From contig NC_092376.1 of assembly GCF_030028105.1 (NCBI RefSeq), positions 53,306,935 through 53,370,934 on the forward strand: a stretch of 64,000 nt of DNA, in the 5' to 3' direction. The translations under genes were made by a program, and so were the position numbers. Under the pieces are notes generated by a model. It was not told the origin of the DNA. It saw only the letters and a program-made list of their open reading frames with translations, and did not search any database. Each line of letters begins with the position of its first letter. Position 1 is the first letter of the stretch. The stretch comes from Mobula birostris (taxonomy: Eukaryota). Below, piece by piece: positions 61,277 through 64,000 of the stretch.

Positions 61277-61330
61277 TGAGACTGACTCATACTGGCAGAC
61301 TATCCGATATCTCGAACGTTCAATCGACTG
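61277..61330 (+). other. Small internal exon, copy 3 (54 nt); host gene unidentified, probably continues right of the window
   Basis: tttttctag|TGAGACTGACTCATAC...GACTG|gtaagt, followed by an empty Tigger target site. Confidence 0.7.
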
Positions 61331-64000
61331 GTAAGTGTTGGAATATTGCCATCTTTAATCTCTTGCTCTCCGACTTAATTAGGTTAACGGTTGTTTATGG
61401 TTGAAAATATTATAACAGAATACATCTAATACATCTTGCAACTAGAAACCTTTCCTTTTTTAGCGGCCTGCACAATCTTTGAATGGGTATGGTTTGCTTC
61501 CTGAATGGTACTAATACAATGAAACTAGAAACTTTGCTACAGTGAGATGTAGAAATCAAATATCTGTTGTCATAAATCTGTCCCTGTATTGCATTATTTT
61601 TTCAGGTTCATCAATTTCAAATTATACCTATGAATACTTTGAAAATTACCTTTTTGTAGCAGCAGCACACTACATTGTAATTAATATTTGTATAGTAGTG
61701 GAAAAGCACAATTTTGTAGTGAACCAGTTAATCTTGGCAAATACATATTTTGCATTCTATCATTTTACTGTGCTGCAGGCAACAGCGTTCCCAGTTCTGC
61801 CTACCCATCCATTGGGTATAAATGCTGGCTGGAAAAAAAACAGGTTCATTTGAGGTTTCATTTGAAGTAACCATGATTAGGAAGTTTGTCATGCAGCTTT
61901 CGTATTGTTCCAAAGCTATTTTGCTGAAATATTATACATGAAACATGACACCTACTTGGGCAGGTCACAAAAAGTTAATCAAATCAGTGGCTTTAAGACT
62001 CTTATCTAAATGGTCAGAGAGCTGGTAAGTTTTGGAAAAGGAATCTTAGCAGTGGCCTATGACTTAGTGATTAAAATCAGCATGTACATGAGGCCAGAAT
62101 TACAAGACTGGAACTGTCCCAGTGTTTGAAAGCTGTAGGAGGTTATAGAGATTGCAAGTGGAAGGGTTTTCAAGGGGTTTGAAAACATGAATGCGAATAT
62201 TAAGGTCAAATAATTGCTGAACTGGAGGTCCAAATAGGTCATTGACCATCAAGGTAATAGTTTGATGGGGAGGAAAAAATTAGGATACAAACAAGTAGGT
62301 TGTATTATGCTTGTTTACAGGAAGTTGTGTGCAGATATCCAGAAGAGGGTGTAATAATTGAATCAAGATAACAAAGGCTGGGATGAGGGCATCTGCATCA
62401 GATCAGCTGTGGATAGATTTGAGAAACAAGAAATCAAGGAGGTAAAACTACTTTGCATTTGTAATGGAAAGTTGGCAATTATTGAGTAGAACATTTTTTA
62501 TAATTTAGAAATATAGGGGAAGCTGCTTCTTTAGCTGACTGTCAAATTTCAGTTAATTACAGAGGATAAATAACATTCGTACCATATTTGCAGTAGGTAA
62601 TTGCTAGCTTCAACAGAAAAGCCAACAACCTGACCTACCAACACTATCAGGATCCTTAGAGTTATAAGTAACCTTAGAGTTATAAGTAACCAGCACAATG
62701 TCTAGGTGACATAGGGTAGTTTAACTGACATCTCAAAATATCTTCGTCATGTAAACTATCTAAGTTGTCATGGTATTATCTGTATATATTTGTAGTAGCA
62801 CTTAAAGCACAAGATCAGAGACCATTTCACTCATTTTGTCTTTGTCTTTCTTCCCTCTCTTCACTCCTAATGTACTACAGCCCAATGTAATGGAACTACC
62901 TACAAGATGCACTGCTCCCACCCCCTCTTAATTGCATATTTAGACAACATCCCAAGTTCAGTACTCAAATAAAACCTGCCATTGTCTCCTCTGGACACAA
63001 GGGCAATCCCAATAGCAACTAGAGAGCAGGGTAAAACAAAATATGATGACATTACAGCTATTTGCACACATCAAGAATTGAGTTTGAATGCAAAAGTCTG
63101 TGAAGTCCATATCTTTCCCAAACTCTCTCCCATAGCTTGCACAACTGAGCTTTATTGGAACACAGAAATATTTCATCTCAGAAACAGCATACGTGGAGGT
63201 TTGTGGCCTGCTCAGTGCAATCCATGCTGCGACCTGCAGGTGGTCAGACCATTGTATGCACTTTGTAATGTGTATTCTGATTGCTTCTAGAAGAGCTACG
63301 ATCCCTGAGATTCCAGTATTATGGATTTCAAAGGGTAGCATAATTTGCTTTGAGAATAAAAATGGAAAGATTTTAACCCTTTTTGTGTTTTGCATAAAAA
63401 TGCTCATGAATGGACCATTGCAATGTGAATAAATTCAGATGTATAAATGCAGAGCAAGACTTAACACATGCTTTCTAGCCTGCATTATCAAGTTCCTTTC
63501 TGTGCAACTCTTTGAGGTGCAGAGTTTGCTTCTCAGTTAGCAGATGGACCAAAATTATGAAATTTACCATTAAAACGCAGTGAGTAATAACTACTAAGTA
63601 CTGAGTGAGGCATAAAGGCTGTAAAGTCTGAAGGAACTTGAAACCTATCAGTAGTTGGCCTGAAAGGAGTTTGCTGCGCTCAAAACTAAAGATGTCTTGA
63701 CTAAGTGAAGAGGAGAGTCTTGTGGCATCCAAATACAGTCTAGCTGTATCCAAGTGCATGTGCAACTAGAGACTAGTGAAATAAACTAAAAAAAGCTGGG
63801 GGTTGGAAAATAAAAATGGCCTTTGAAGGGAACCTTTCATGACATTTAAGAAAAGTATCTGAATCTGAACTTTTACGGTGATGTGCATTGAACACTTCTG
63901 TTGTAAAATGGAAAATATTAGATCTCAATTGGAATACAAGAATTTAATTCCCACTTGTTGTTGCAAAGGAAATGGCGAGATCTAGGCAGGAACGCAAGGG

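Larger units (their letters stand above)
52995..61857 (+). repeat. Tandem segmental duplicate unit 3
   Basis: Collinear blocks homologous to ~5845-6100, ~27590-28710, ~34785-36800 and ~39095-39530; lacks both Tigger insertions. Confidence 0.85.

Noticed and set aside
62654-62691. 18-bp direct tandem duplication ccttagagttataagtaa
   Set aside because: Simple slippage duplication with no further structure
62958-63765. 149-aa and 96-aa minus-strand ORFs and a 102-aa plus-strand ORF
   Set aside because: No recognisable homology or convincing splice structure; cannot be supported without a search
59229-64000. DCUN1D5 as the plus-strand partner gene
   Set aside because: Expected from recalled human synteny, but no DCUN1D5-like peptide was found in the window

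Overview
Vertebrate genomic DNA, most likely a cartilaginous fish (inferred from the CR1/Rex/Penelope-rich repeat content). The left half holds the 5' end of DYNC2H1 (cytoplasmic dynein-2 heavy chain) on the minus strand: five coding exons (26819 down to 579) plus a probable non-coding first exon in a CpG island near 34.9 kb. The introns are packed with nested transposons (CR1, Penelope, Gypsy, BEL, L1, RTE-X, Rex, Tigger, PIF/Harbinger). The right half is a decayed tandem triplication of the DYNC2H1 5' end plus its apparently bidirectional CpG-island promoter, with the breakpoint inside DYNC2H1 coding exon 4. In copies 1 and 2 a pogo/Tigger element sits just after a small plus-strand exon, has lost functional termini, and still keeps an open ~505-aa ORF with a splice acceptor 12 nt before the ATG; copy 3 keeps the empty TA site. 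Promoter and ORF blocks are essentially identical between copies while their flanks are clearly diverged. The best candidate novelty is therefore a pair of young, promoter-captured, homogenised Tigger-derived (TIGD-like) genes head-to-head with DYNC2H1. All alignments were done by eye; repeat boundaries are approximate unless TSDs/TIRs are quoted.
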